64,000 bases of DNA from the human T2T-CHM13v2.0 reference genome, Homo sapiens: assembly GCF_009914755.1 (NCBI RefSeq), contig NC_060930.1; one strand, 5' to 3'. How positions within the stretch are numbered: the stretch's first letter is position 1; each line of letters opens with the position of its first letter. The position numbers and the translations under genes were made by a program. Below, one piece after another: positions 16,379 to 34,591 of the stretch. The notes beneath the pieces were generated by a model. The model searched no databases. It was not told where the DNA came from and saw only the letters and a list, made by a program, of their open reading frames with translations.

Positions 16379-17636
16379 CTCGCCTTCCCTTTCATTCCTT
16401 ATTTTCTATTGTAATTCTGTTTGCTATCAATTACTAAACCCATGCTACCTAATATTTTTGAACTCATCTTTTAAGTAGAGAAAACTGTTAAATGGGTTTG
16501 GAAAGCATTAGTAGATGATACCTACTGATTCTCTTTAATACGCCTGAGTGTTTAATCTCTCCAAGTACCCTGAATGAATCAGAAAGGATTCCACTCTGTT
16601 GTTCTTAAGTGGCCCAAAATTCTACTCTTAGATTACACTAATTTTCTTATAAGAACGTGAATCATTTCCTTCATTAGTCATTTCCTCAAATATTATCCTA
16701 GTCTGTAAGCACTTTTATGCAGTCAGCCTATGCTAATTTATATTTATTTTGAGTAACTTTTAAAAGTGTATTTTTTGCTCCTATGTTTGTCTGGTTCTTA
16801 TTTTGATTATAAGAACTTTAGAAAGATGTTTGGTCTTTCTCTTTTTAAAAACTCTGCTTCAAACATGTAGGCTCTGTTCATGGCATATGTTCCATATATG
16901 TTCTGGATTGAAATCATTCGTAACTCTGACACAGTAGAGTAAAACTAGGGGAAAACTTCAAATCAATTAATCATTCTCTTCATTTAACAGTTCTGTTACC
17001 ATAACTGTTGTTGGAAGATAATGTTGAGGTTATTTTCCCCAGTGGAATTTTTAATTATTTATGGAGAGCTAGGTTTATCATATTCCCTATCCTTCTAGAT
17101 AATCATAAGCTAGTGTTTCTACAGAGGACTGAAATGAAAATGGTCAGTCCGTTTTGGGATAGAACCTAACCACATCTCAAAACATTTCATGGAAAATGAC
17201 AGCCTTGAAGAGGATATGGGATATGGAGAAGATAAAAAAAAGAAGGATAAATTATGAGTATCATATATGTTCTAGTAGATATTCTTGGAGTGATAACATA
17301 TTTGAGGAAAATTTTAAGTTGTATATATCATGCTCTGTAAGTAGCTTATTCTATAAAAGTCCTCCAATTTGTTTCAAGGCAAATTATTATCTTAAAATGA
17401 AGGTAATCTGAAATTCCAGTAACTTTTAAAACATATACACACAGTGCATATGGTTTGTAACTTGCTACTTTTGCTTAATGGTCTATTATGAATATCTTTT
17501 TGTAACATCAAATATTCTTCTACATCATATGTACTGACTTCATAGTATTTCACTGTATGGATGTCTCATACTTTATTTAATCAATCTATTATTATCTGAC
17601 ACTTAAGTAGTTAATATTTCACTGTTATGAAAATTC

Positions 17637-17920
17637 TTTTTTTTTTCTTTGGAAACAGGGTTTTGCTTTGTTGCCCAGGCTGCAGAATGCAGTGGCACAA
17701 TCATAGCTCACTGCAGCCTCAATTTCCTGGACTCAAGTGATCCTCCTGCCTCAGCTTCCTGAGTAGCTAGGACTACAGGTGCACACCACCACGCCCAGCT
17801 GATATTTTTTTTTTTTTAATTTTGTTGCCTAGGCTAGTCTCCAACTCCTGGCCTTAAGCAATCCCTCCACCTCAGCTTCTCAAAGTGTTGGGATTAAAAG
17901 CATGAGCCACTGAGTCCAGC
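17637..17920 (-). mobile_element. Alu (AluJ-like) inserted in an old L1M remnant (about 17430-18400)
   Basis: TSD TTATGAAAATT on both sides; flanks carry antisense L1M 3' motifs. Confidence 0.9.
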
Positions 17921-20099
17921 GTATTATGAAAATTTTGTGATAGACATTCTTAAGCTAAATCTATGATTATTGTCTTTGAATGATTCTGTAAGTGAAACTC
18001 CTGGAACAGGGCATATAACATCTTGAGGCTTTGATGTATATCATAAAATAGCTGTATACTTCTATTCCCCCCAACCCCAAGCAAAAATCTATACCAATTT
18101 ATATTAACACTACCAGCACTGCATAACAAATGCCTGTTTCTGTGCATCATCACCAATATTATATATTATGTTTAAAAATACTGCTAATTTGATAGCTGAA
18201 ATATCTTATTAATCTGCAATTTTTAACTTATTGAGCTTGAACATTTTACCCATTTTCTACTTATATGTATCTTTTTGTTAATGACTTACAAAATGTCCTC
18301 TATATTTAAAGGATATTAATCCACTGCCTATCATAGTTTGCATGCTGAAGGTATTAATTTTTATTAGCCTAGTCTATCGATCTTTACCTCACTAATTTAT
18401 TCTGGCCTAAATTCTTTTTTTCTGAACAGCAGCCAAGTGCTCATACTGGTTGAGACATCCTCTCTCTAGTCCTCTATTAAGAGTCCCCAGGGACTGGAGA
18501 TGTGGGGTCATGGTGACTCCTGAGTGGAAAAGGGACACTGACGGATCTCAGGTCATCGAGCCTAGGGCTCAGACTCAACCTACATGTTGAAGTTTTAAAG
18601 AGGACTTCTAACTCATGCCTAGGATGCACATTTGCTTGGAATTTAGGCTTAGCCAGGAATTAAACCCCTTTGTTGATTTGACTGAAAAAAGCAACTGCAG
18701 CTGAAGAATACTAAAGGAAAAACTGATTCAACCTCTGCTTTTCCATTGAGAGGAATTTTGCTCTACCAATTCCCTTCACTTCTTTGGCTGCCTGCAAAGT
18801 GTATTCTTATGTCTTTGTGCCTGCAACAACAGAGAGCTATTTCTGACTTGTAAACTAGCTGGGAATGTTTGCATGGTGAGCTCATCCAGGACAGACACTC
18901 TCTATGACCTTAACTGAAATGAGCTCCTTAAACATACACAGCACACTTCCACCCATAGATCAGAAGCCATTTTCAAAAGGGGCTGAATAAAGGAAGTTGC
19001 TGGCCAAGATTTATTGATGCAGATCAGGTCGGTGTTTAGCTGTTGCCACAAACCTCTCTAACTAATGAGCACAGCATGAAATGCCTGGTGATATTATATA
19101 TGTTGTCTCCTCCATCTTCCCTTATTCTCATTGTGCAGTTTCCCTAAAAGCAGTGAAGTGCTGGGCTTTTTTTTTTTTTTAATTGATTAGCAGATGTGAT
19201 TTTGCTTACATCTTCCATAAATGCTCTGGCTGGCTGCATACCATTGATTACCAGGGGTTCAGTTTACAGCAACTAATTGCTCTCCTTGCTGGTATTTTGA
19301 TACAAAATTCAATAGCGAATATGTTTTCAAAACTCTTTTCTTTGTGGCTTGAGTCAGAAGTGACTCAATGCAAACCCAGTGGACTGAGGTTTCCAGTCTT
19401 TAAAATAGTTGCTCTCTCATCAGTCTGTGAAGAAAGTTTCCAAATTGTAGCATTTTAATTGGAAAGTCTACATTATGCATGCGATGACAAACTATGTTGT
19501 GCTGAATGGCACTTTTTTCATCCTTTTCTTAAGGGATTAATACTGTGCCAGATTGTGAACAATGGCTGAAGTATAACAGTTGAGGTCAACAGCTTCTCCA
19601 CTGAATTGGTGCCTTTTAGACCAGAAGCAAGGGCCTGTTTTGCCTGTTTCTAACTGTCCATCATTTGTGGGAAATTCCACTGGAAGGCCTGGGACCATAA
19701 TGCCACTGTTGCTAAATTTTCTCATTTGGGTGAAAACCAACTAAAGGAAGATCAGCAACCAGGATATTAGTGACAGTGCAATAACTTATGATCAAATCCA
19801 TTCCTAATCTTTCAGTTAAAGTGAAAGATACTCCTGATCTCAAAAATGTATACAGTATATTCTTTGGTAAAGATCCTTTAAGTTCTTCAGAAATAATTGT
19901 CTTCCATTCAACAATTCAAAAAATATTTACTGAATAACTACTCAGTAACATTAGGCAAGTCACTTTACTTATACTTTGGTTTCATCCTTTGTGACATTAA
20001 ATGTCGAGATTTGATGGCTTCTCAGCACTCTTCCAGTTCTAACATTTAATATTCTGTTATAGCATATGCAGAGGTTTTTTTGGTATGTCTGTACATTAC

Positions 20100-20575
20100 A
20101 CAGTAACTCCTGTCTTTGACAACTCTTTCCAGCACAACCTCAAGGTGGACATGGGAGATTCCTGAGCTCAGTTTATCCTCTGGACTTGGAAGCTGCCCAA
20201 TCCATGCTGGGCTAATCAGATTTCCTTTCTCAAAAATTTAGAATTATGTGAGATTCCAGCCTAACGTGCCCTGTTCACTTAAAATGAGATGATGAAAATA
20301 CAGGCATTCTGGGGTGAGTCTCTTTGATCACAGGCATACAGAAGCAAAGAAAGATACCTGCAGTGAGAAGCAGAGACCACAGGCTGTGCAGTCCAGGGAG
20401 GGCTACCTGGGGTCCCGACAGATTCCAATGTCTGGTTTCAAAACCTACTAGGGCCCTCCGAGTTTCTCCTCTAGTATTCCGTGAGAAATCTTCTAATCAC
20501 TTAAATAAAGTTACCATTTGCGGCTTAACCTATCTTTACTTGGTTTCTGTTACTTGGAACTAAAAGGGCCAAAGA
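20100..20575 (+). mobile_element. Old ERVL/MaLR-type LTR remnant
   Basis: Ends 'aataaag...ttaacc...ttggtttctgttacttggaactaaaag', typical of LTR16/LTR33-class 3' ends. Confidence 0.5.
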
Positions 20576-22196
20576 TAAGCTCCTGGTGGAGTGCACTGGA
20601 CAGAAAAGGTACGCAATAAGAGTAGATGTTATGGCAGTGAGGATAGCAATGATACCGTGATGGCTACAGGACCAGAGAGACAACGAGGTAAAGAGCAGGG
20701 GTGGTGGGAAACCTCCCTTATGATGGCAATCTTTTCGTTCAATTATGAAAGAGGATTCTATGTAGAAACGGAGAGCGGTAAGACTGTGGTGTACGGTGGC
20801 AAGGCAAAACAGGCTTTGGAGTGGGCTCAGTGGCATCAGTGGAGCTGCAGGGAGAGAGCCTTGCAAAGATGGAACAATCAGTGTAGTTTATAACTCTCCT
20901 CAGCGGTGGCACTGGGGAAGCAGGGCCAACAGTGACAAGGAGGATACAGGCCAGGGTCAGAGAACGAAGGGCCAGGAAAAGTAATGACCACCTGTAGGCT
21001 TCTGAGGAGGTAAGTGGGATCAGAGATGGTAGACTAATGTTCAGAACAGAGAGAGACTGGAGGTCATGATGCAAAGAACAGATGCGGCAGCTGTAAAGGT
21101 GAGGGAGAGAGGTAAGGAGTTGTGGTGACAAAGGGAAACTTCAGCACTTTCACCTAATTCGGAAAAGTCCAGTTCCTGCTCCTCTGGATGAGAAGCAGAA
21201 AGACAAACAACACATTAGGGTCCCTATTCTAATCTCTGCTACTGAGGGGCAGGAGGGAGCCTGTAACAGCTTCCAGAAGGAATTAATACAGCTTCAGAGA
21301 AACAACTCTGCCGGTGAGAAAGAGGGACTTTCCCAAAGATGAGAGGGCTCCTTATCGTCAGCTGTCACAGGGTTCGATGACGTGGCTTCACCCTCAGGTG
21401 GGGAGCAAGGTCCAGCTGAGAAGAGCTGCTGGAGGACGCTGAGTCCAAAATGAGATTCTCAGCGGGAGCCTAGAGCCCAGTAACCATGTTTTCTTAAAAG
21501 TGTGTGAAGTAGACCAGGCGGCTGCCCTGCAGATTCCAGACATGAGAACCCCTGAGGTGTTGCCACTGCAGAGGCCTGCCTCTGAATGGGCCACGACCTT
21601 TCAGGGCAAAGGGAACACCAGTCTCCTAATAGCAGGAGGAGGGAAAAACTGGCTGCTCATCAGATGGAATGGATTCTGGGGAAATGCATTAGTCAAAGGA
21701 CATCAGAGAGTCTACCTACTGTCTCATAATGTTTAATCTCTCATATCTGGGACGTGGAGGGTGATTTCTCTAAAAGGGGAAGAAACGATGGCACTGATTA
21801 ACAATATTCTCTTGCAGGTAGCCAGAGAAAAGGCAAGCAGAAGCTCTCGGGTGTGTGGCATATGTAGTTTCTGTGTTTAGTCAACTGAAGTCCAGGATTA
21901 CAAAAATGTGAGGAGGTGGCAAGTATACATTTTGGCTCCACTGTGTAGGCTGGCTCATTGAGAAAGGGGGATATTTAAGGAGGGATTTTCTTTCTCATGA
22001 AATCTTATATTTGATATAGTATAATTATTTATTTATTTATTTAAAGCCCACATACCATGAGAAATATAGTATAATCTAGGTATGTTATCTGAAAGTGGAA
22101 AAATATCAATGGAGAATATGCCTGGAGGATATAACTGTGGAAAGCTGGATGGGGCAAAACTTTCCAAAACTTGGAGACAATACAAAACTACCAATC

Positions 22197-22514
<318 letters not shown>

Positions 22515-22986
22515 TAAAACAACCAACTTTTAACAGCTAACTAAGACCATCTTTTCACTTCTTAGAAAGATTAAGTTTTTAACTTCAAGTTTTAGGTGAT
22601 AACATAAAAGCTAACACCACATTACCAAATACATGGCTGCAGCTGCAATATTCATTAGATACTGAGTGTGGAATGAATGGTGAACAATTAATCATAGTCC
22701 CACCTCACATTCACACAGTCCTCACTAGTTTCAAAATGTTTTTGCATACATTATCACATTTGGAAAAAAAACAATTTATAATCAGCACATTTCCTGCTTT
22801 CAACGCAAATCTATTTTCCTAAGTTTCCTGGTTAATTTTCTTACATGGGCTAAACACTGCCCAAGCAATCTTTTACAGATTATTTAATCACTTGACAAAC
22901 TCTTTTTTTTCTTTTAACAAATAAATTTTGCCCCAGGCTTATGATCTAGACTTCATACTACACAGTCCAATTTAATGAAAATTCTC

Positions 22987-23303
22987 AGCCAGGCACGGTG
23001 GCTCACACCTGTAATCCCAGCACTTTAGGAGGCTGAGGTGGGTGGATCACCCGAGGTCAGGAGTTCAAGACCAGCCTGGGCAACATGGGGAAACCCCATC
23101 TCTATTAAAAATACAAAAATTAGCCGGGCGTGGCAGCGTGCACCTGTAATCCCAGTTACTCAGGAGGCTGAGGCAGGAGAATCACTTGGACCCGAGAGAA
23201 GGGGGTTGCAGGGAGCCGAGATTGTGCCATTGCATTCCAGCCTGGGCGACAAGAGCAAAACTCAGTCTCAACAAGAAAGAAAGGAAAGAAAGGAAAGAAA
23301 GGA

Positions 23304-23363
<60 letters not shown>

Positions 23364-23370
23364 AGAAAAA
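22987..23370 (+). mobile_element. Alu (AluS-like) with long (GAAA)n tail
   Basis: Full dimer; TSD-like gaaaatt(a)tctca. Confidence 0.93.
23273..23363 (+). repeat. (GAAA)n compound microsatellite
   Basis: Three (gaaagaaag) units then a pure GAAA run. Confidence 0.95.
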
Positions 23371-24341
23371 GAAAATTATCTCATTTTATGCTTTCAATGT
23401 GGAAATATGATAAAAATTTGTCCAGGCCAAACAGCCCTTGAGAAGAAAAGCATTCTTATATTTTGGAAAGTGACTCTAATACAGCCCCTTCCTTAAGCAA
23501 AATGTTGGCATCAAAAATATTGGGAACCCCTCAAATGGTCTTATGATATTTTAAAAGGTGAAGTCACAATATGTTACAGACCTTTTGGGCAGTGACACAC
23601 TAGGCAGGTATGCAGCTTTTACGGATCTTCCCCCGTGTTTAAATTTGGCATCACCAATTCCCCTCTCCAGCAAGGCCATCTGCCTTGATCCCAGCAGCTT
23701 CCTCCTCTTGATGAATATATACAATCAGTGAGATCAGCCTGATTTGGTTCACCGGCAGGATCAGAAAAGGATGTGTGAGAGGCAGAAATGCCGAGGTCCT
23801 GCCCAGACGATAGGGCTTAGCTCCCAGGCATCAGGTCCAGCTGGCTTTTAGCTTCATTTGCTAGGAAGGCTATTACGGGCTGTTGTGAATGTAAAAGGCC
23901 AGAATCAGTTTCTTCTGTTAATAGCTGAAGGCAATATGCATTTGTGTGAGCTTTTCTGTTCTCTGTCCTCAATTCTATGAAATTATTAGGAGGGCGATAA
24001 GAACAGACAGACACATTAAAGAGCTCAAAATGTACTAATCTACAGCTGAGTGTTAAGAATTCTTGGATTTTTACTTAACATTTATGACTCCTGTGAAACA
24101 AAAGGCCCCAGTGTGGGCCTTCATCCAACAGGTAGGGGAGTAGAGTCACCTTGGCTCCAGGTTCCCTGCATAACACCATCCAGTGGCCCCTCCCTTCAGC
24201 TTTTTGGACCAAGTCCATTCAGGAGAGCCCACTGGATCATGCTTCTACAGTGCAGGGACCACGCATGGCTAATGACCTTGGTATTTCCCAGCACAATGCC
24301 TTACACATCATAAGCTCTACTAAGTTAAACCGAAGGAGAGG

Positions 24342-24740
<399 letters not shown>

Positions 24741-27700
24741 TCACTTATTCCTGTACAATATCTTCAGTGTTCTATAGAATGAATTATGTTTCAATGCAAA
24801 AACAACCGCCCCCAGCCAGTACTTCACCCCTAGCCCCAACACCATTTTGGAGAGTCTCACATAAGTGATAATTTATGAAAAATATCCATTCTGACTGCTA
24901 TTTCATCCACTGAGCTTATTCTCCTGCCCATCCGCTGAACACATGCTAATAGGTGCCCACACGCACAGCCTACAATGCACCAAGAAGCAGCGCCAAAGAG
25001 AAATTTAATAAGTGCCATGGCTCCTCCCTGTTCCCTTGGATCAAGTTTTCAGAAGAATCCGTATCTGTGGGAGAACTCACAATTTAGCTACATGCAGATC
25101 TTTGTATTCTCTTGACCTGGTGATAAAGGGAAAGAACAGAAGGGCAAAACAGGTGGGAAGGCTCAACTCTGAATATTACAGTCAGGAGGATGTTCCAGCA
25201 GGGATGAACGACCGGCAAAACTCTTCCTGTTCAATCACGTAATCTCTCTATTTTTGTTCTTACCAAATCTCTTCTCTGGTCTCTCTTAACACAACCAGTA
25301 CTATTTTCCCACACCTCTTTCTCTTTCTTCTCAGACTGACCTTTTCACCCAAATCAGATCTGGGTTTCAACCTTTGCTCCAGCTTTTAAATCATCTTCTT
25401 TTCCCCACAGAGCACAATCTACAAAGTCTTGAGCTCTTGCTAGAAATGATTTTAAAACACTTGCCTATCCAATTCAGACCTCCTTCAGACTTACTACCAG
25501 CGTGAGCTGCGACTCGTTCCTCCTTCAGGTTCTCCCTTGGCGAACTTACTACTGCCCCTCTCCCACTGCATTCCCAAATCTGTTTATTCCGGTGGGCCAT
25601 GGACAATGAAATGCTGTCTCTCTATCTACTTGTCCTGGAATTTCCTCCCTGTTAGTCCCTCCTCTAATGGACTTCTTTCATGAAATAGTTAGTGAAGGCT
25701 CTCACATGAAAACAACTACCCTCTAAAACACAAAACAAAACTATAATAAGTTGCAAGTGCTATACAATTTAAACACTTAGAATAAGTACATTTTTCTGTT
25801 TGAAAGCTGAGGTGTCTGATAAATCATAATTCTCTATGTGGTACATGACTTACCATTAAAAAAGAGAACATTAATGAGAAAAATAATAGCAACATCTCCA
25901 CCAGTATATAAAGGTGAAAATCCTAACTACCAACTATAAATTCTTATAAACAAAAGATAATTAATCAATTTAATATGTAACTGTGTGATAAATCTTTTGA
26001 AGAATGGTGAGAAGCCAGAAAAATAAAGCAACATTTTATGTATTTTTTTTTTGTAGCAGCTAGAGGAAAAAATGGCTCATTAAGTTTTTCAGTGCAATTC
26101 TTTTGATCACTGGCCACTCAGTATAGTTTTCTTGATCCAGGTCTTCAAAGCTGGGATCACAAGTTTTAATTCAAACGTTTTCAGCTGAACATTAATAACG
26201 CTGGCTTTCCTAACTGCTAAACAGCTGTAATTAAACCAAACTGGTGTGGGTCATAGGACCAAAGGCTAAATGGGCAGTTGCTTTTTTTTTTTCCCTGCGA
26301 TCACCTATACTGAACAGGAGGCCCAGGCAAAGGCTCTGCAAAGGGAGGGTTTGCAGTTCTCCCCACTGCTGCAGAAGATGTGAGGATGTTGTTTCTGTCT
26401 CATGAATACTCCCCAGAACTGCAGAGTAGCTTTCCTTCTTCCACATTTGTTTGGTTGAGGGAACATCAGACAGGAAAAGCATTCCCTCTTTGGAATGTAT
26501 TCTGCAAGAATTGCCTTTCTAGAAATAACCCTCCCAGGTGCCGACATGAATATTCACCAGAGTGTACTGGGCACAGAGGCCAGTCTCCGTGCCATGTACA
26601 CTAATCCTTCAAAATGTATTCCAGGCAAGCTACCAGGGTAAACCGTACAGAAACCAGGCTTTCCGGTGATAGACACTGGATGACTGAGAGAAGGAAATCT
26701 GAGTGATGGAAGCAGAGATGAATAAATCACTCCTATCTAGCTAAGGCCCTGCTGCAGCTAGACCTTGCGACATTGACTCAAGCACAGCATGAGGCTTCAT
26801 TAGAATATTGCACTCTGCAAATTAAACTGTTTCTTTTGTTCAGCCGGCTCACTCTTCCTCATCAAGAACAAACATTTATGTCCTCTATGCCTTATAATCC
26901 TTTTTGCTGGACCCCTTTTAACTTTCTTCTTATTTTGGCTGATAGGACCTACATGGGCATCCTGAGAACACGGTCCTCGTGCCATGCAGCCATCCAATGC
27001 ACATGCAAGCTTACCCCCCACCCCCCACTACCCCTCTGCATCACTGCCCTGACTCCCATTCAGGAAGGTAGAGACAAAAAAGATCAGGAATTTTCACAAG
27101 CCAGGAAAGAAATCATGCCAAAGGTGGGTGAGATCTCAGATTTCTCAGGATCCTCCCACTCTGGCACTGAATCCCCAAGAGCCAGCATTGATATTCCTGT
27201 GGTGGGGCAGAAGAGGACCCCAGCCTATCTGAGTCACACATGAGAGTGTTTGGGTGTCAGGGGCTGGGAAATATCCCTGAGGTAACCTCCAAGGCGCTGG
27301 TGCTGGAACTGTGTACAAAGGATACATATGAATAGCCTGGGGGAAATGAGGAGCTTGGAGGCTCCTAGCAGCCAAAAGGAAGAGGTAGCATGAGCAGGTA
27401 AAAGGAAAACAGTGAAGTTACTAGTTATTTCCTTAGCCTATTAGGACCACAAAGGGTTCCAATGACTCTCCTTGGGCCTCTGATGGACACAAGGCTACTG
27501 TCCACAATTCCTTGGAATGTGTAATGAATAGCAGTAGTTTCAGATGGGAGGCAGGAGTCCCAACTCTGACTCTGTCTTGCTTCACAACTGTATCCTCTCA
27601 GATTTATAATCTGGGAAGTGGGTGGTAGGGGGATAGGGGAAAGGAGGGAGATGGATTTTAATGTACGTGATTTCTGATTCCTTTTTCAAGTCTATTTTTC

Positions 27701-28193
27701 CCTTTTAATTACAAAGCGATATATGATAAATCTTTGGCACTTTTATAAAGTATCCATTATAAAGAGGCATTATACAACTTGCAAAGAAATATAAACCAAT
27801 ATTTAAAAAAATATTCTTTAGCAGCAGAATCTCTTTTACAAACAACATCTTGGCAGAATCTCAGTATCTAAAACAGATTAAAGTAGAAATGCTCTTCTGA
27901 GGTCAGAGTTGGGGAATGAAGCCTCATCCACCAGGACTTCCTGTTGGCCCCTCCTTGTGGCAGCCCACAAGGCTCATTCAATAACAAAACACAGTAGGAA
28001 AAACCCAGTGGTCATGGTATTATATATTGTCCCCAAACTAAATGCTGATTTTAATATTCCTATCTTTCAATAACAGGATTATTATTATTATTCACATTTT
28101 TTTGAAACCATGAGGGGCAAATGAACTTCCCTAACACTTCACTTTTACCTGTATGGGCCAGAAATGTTAGTGAGGAAAGGAACTGAATGGATT

Positions 28194-28366
28194 AGGCATT
28201 GGTAAGCCATGGCCTGTGGATGCCTATTTTTGTAAATAAAGTTTTATTGGAACACAGCCATGCCCCTCAGCAGGGTCGAATAGTTGCACCACAGAGACTG
28301 TATGGCCTGCAAAACCTAAAATATCTACTACTTGTCCTTTTATGGAAAAACTTTACCAACCCCAGG
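28194..28366 (+). mobile_element. MER58-like hAT-Charlie DNA transposon
   Basis: 'tttttgtaaataaagttttattggaacacagcca', 'cagagactgtatggcctgcaaaacctaaaatat', 'ccaacccc'. Confidence 0.8.
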
Positions 28367-29935
28367 CATAGACAGAAAACTAAAGCTGTTCTATTTGAGC
28401 AGTAAAGAGTTATGGCGCCAAGGTAAGAAATAAAGATACAGTTTAAACTAAGGCTGAGCTTAGCCTAGAAATGTCTAAAGTCTCTTTCTTCTGTTGTTTC
28501 AAGAGATTTTAATGCAGCAAATTCTACATGGAGCTTTTAGATTGTGCTGTAGTCACAATCTCATTTTTGTTACTGTGACAACTGCAGTGGCAATTCTTGG
28601 CTTGCCTTTCACCCTAAATTTCTGGTATTTCTCCTAAAAGAACTACAAAGAAAATGTGGGGGGAGGGGGGGAAGCAGCAGCAGCAGCAGCTCCAATTAAA
28701 AATGAAAACCATTTCCATTCCCAAACCCTCGTTACTCCCTGAACTGATCAAGTGCCCAGGAGCTACATTCTCAAACTGATAGGATAGTCATTGACCACTA
28801 CCCTCTAGAGCCCTACTAAAGGGGATGGAAGTAGTAGGGTAGGGTGAAGAAATTACAGAGACATTTAAAGTCAATAAACAATATGTCAAAAAAATAAAGT
28901 TTTATAGTCTTTGATAAGGCAGTTAATATGACAGTAGTAAAATAATAATATATCAGTTATAGAGGAAGATGACACTATAGACTAAAACACACCAATTAAG
29001 TACACAGTGCTGAGTTGTTTGTTGGTGACCAGGAGAAAATGGATTTGTACAGATCTATCCTGTTGCCAGCTCTGTCTACTGTAATTATAAAAAGCATTTT
29101 ACAAGATAGCTGGCCAGGGCAGTCTATGACCACAGAACAATAAAAACCTTATAGTACTTGGCATTTTAACAGAACTACTCATTTAGACTCTTTAATGAAA
29201 CCAATTTTAAATGGATGACTCTGTTAAACACGTTCTTCTCAAATAGATGCAACTAATCTCCATGAATTTTCTGCTTGTCTCTGAGTCTAATGTATACAGC
29301 TAAAATCTCACTACAGTGAACACAATCGTGACAAAGTCATTTTCCTATTTTACTAGTAGGGCTATTATCAACAAGATATTATTTATCTGGTTACCACCAA
29401 TTCTCAAACAATTCTTTATAGATGATGGTTTATCTATTTCTAACAGGGTTCCTATGAACCTTCTAATAAAAACAGTACTTGATTATATGCTCTTTATTAT
29501 CTTTTAACCTCAGAAAGGAGATGATATCAGAAAGGTCAGATATCAGGAAAAGAAATGACAAGAGGTTTGCATTGGACATCAGAGGACAATTAAATGGTAT
29601 ATAACTGTCTAAAGGAATTAGAGCTATTGTTCTAGATCCCAACCAACCCTTCTCACAAGGTTCCTGAGGTAAGTATATGCCAAGGAAAGTTCCAGCAAAT
29701 GAGAAGCAAAGGGATACTTTATTGTTGGTACTTGTACAATTTTTGGCCCAAAACCCTAATGCAAAGGGTGTATAGGACATGGAGCACTCCCTGTTCCCAA
29801 GTTGCTTATGCCTGAACAGCTTCAAACCAAAGCAAGCCAGGAGGCCTTCTCTGTCCCTTTGTCAACATCCAAAGCTTATTCTTGGTTCTTACCACTATAA
29901 TGTAAGGAAGAATCAACCCAGTACACTTTGTAGTA

Positions 29936-30316
29936 CAGTAATGTCCTTTTATCCATGTGGGGTGCATTCCAAGACCCCCCAGTGGATGACTGAATCCACA
30001 GATAGTATACAACCCTATATTTTGTATACTATATTGTTTTGATTTGATAACTGAGATGGCTACTAAGTGACTCCTGGACTACGGTCCAGCTGCACATGTC
30101 AGACAAGGGGATGCTTCACATTCCAGGGAGGATGGAGCAGGCCAGTGTGAAATCTCATTACACAGTCATGCAATTCAAAAGTAGAGATAATGACATGCAA
30201 TTTAAAACTTTTCCATTGTTTACTTCTGGAATTTTCCATTTAATATCATGCACCACAGTTGACTACAGGCAACTAAAACCACAGAAAGCAAAACCACAGA
30301 TAAAAGGGGATGACCA
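29936..30316 (+). mobile_element. MER44-like (Tigger family) DNA transposon
   Basis: TA-cagta...ttccaagacccccagtggatg...; right end 'aaaccacagataaaaggggatgac'. Confidence 0.75.
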
Positions 30317-30694
30317 TACCAGAGAATCAGAGTAAATATAGGGAGATCATTGCCCCCCATTGCCTAGCACTGAGCTGCCCCTGAGCTGAGTTAGAAATTG
30401 GTTTCATTAAAGATTCTTACTCTTACTGCCCTAGGAAACAAAAAATAAGGGTATCCAAGGAGAGAAAAGGATGGATCTGCTTACCACTTTGTTGTAAAGA
30501 ACAGAATAAAGGAGAAGAGTCAGGAGAGATGGAGGAGAGCGAATTACAAAGCAGGAAGGCAGGGCCTCCTTCTAGGTTGTAGTGGTCCTGGCTCACGCCA
30601 CTTAGGGCCCAGTGGGAGACCAAAGACACAAGTGATTCCACTAAACTATTCTGAGCCTGCTCTGAGTGCTGCAAACAGACTAATCTGATCATCA

Positions 30695-33208
<2,514 letters not shown>

Positions 33209-33954
33209 GAAATGGTCAAAGGAAAAGCAGACTGTATTTGTACTTCTTCTCCCAAGATTTAAAATTGTCGTATTGCTATATTTACCCTCCCACAGACTGT
33301 ACTTCTTGTTTCAAATGTCCCGAAAGTCAGGAATACTCATTATACTCCTAACAAAAAACCAACCATGTTAACCAAGAAGTTAGAACAGCAAAAGACTGGA
33401 GGTAGTATGACGGTCATTGCCTGTATCTTCTTTGAAAGTAAGAGGTCTTTTTTTAAAAAAAATCTATCACTTCATTCCAAGGCAAACAGACTTGACTTTT
33501 TCAACTCCAGATCTTAAAGACTGAAACTACTATTTATAGTGGGACTTTTGATATAATTAATCTGTCACTACAAAATAATGTAGGTATGCCGTAAAATTTC
33601 TGATCTTGGAATGTTGTATGTATACAAGAAGAGCCAACTCTGTTTTGGTTGATCAAATACATCTGGTTAACAGACTCCATGTAAACTGACAATTTAGGTA
33701 AGAGTTTGGATATGGTAAACTATAGTTAACTAAAGTAAAACGAAACCAAATAAAATTTATTCTGATTTTGATCAATCAGGAGGTACTAGTAATCTTGCCC
33801 TGCCTCCCAAATTTCATCGTGGCATGAATTATCACTATGCTGGCAAAGCACAGGAGACCAGTTACAGAAAGCCAGTATATTAAGTGTTTGCAACAGAAAC
33901 TTGAAGTTTTTTCCAAGAAGTAAGTGTCATGAATATGAAACCAAACATATATAA

Positions 33955-34333
<379 letters not shown>

Positions 34334-34591
34334 TGAAGCTGAGAATAAGAGAAAATATTATTATCATAGTACTGTTTTAGATACATCCAGAAGCTGTGGA
34401 CTCTAAGGGAAGCTTTTAAAAATAAAAGGGAAAAAGCCCCCACTGAATTATATACTTTAAATGGGTGAATTATATGGCATGTGAATTATATTTCAATAGA
34501 GTAGTTTTAAAAAATAAACAGAACACATGAAATATGGAGATCTGTTAAAATTCCAAAGCACATGTGAAATGGCAAGCAGGAGGTAGTGTTC

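Noticed and set aside
23038-23496. 152-aa Lys/Glu/Arg-rich ORF
   Set aside because: Translation of an Alu plus the (GAAA)n microsatellite.
28674-28690. (GCA)n / CAG tract as an expansion locus
   Set aside because: Only 5-6 units and intronic.
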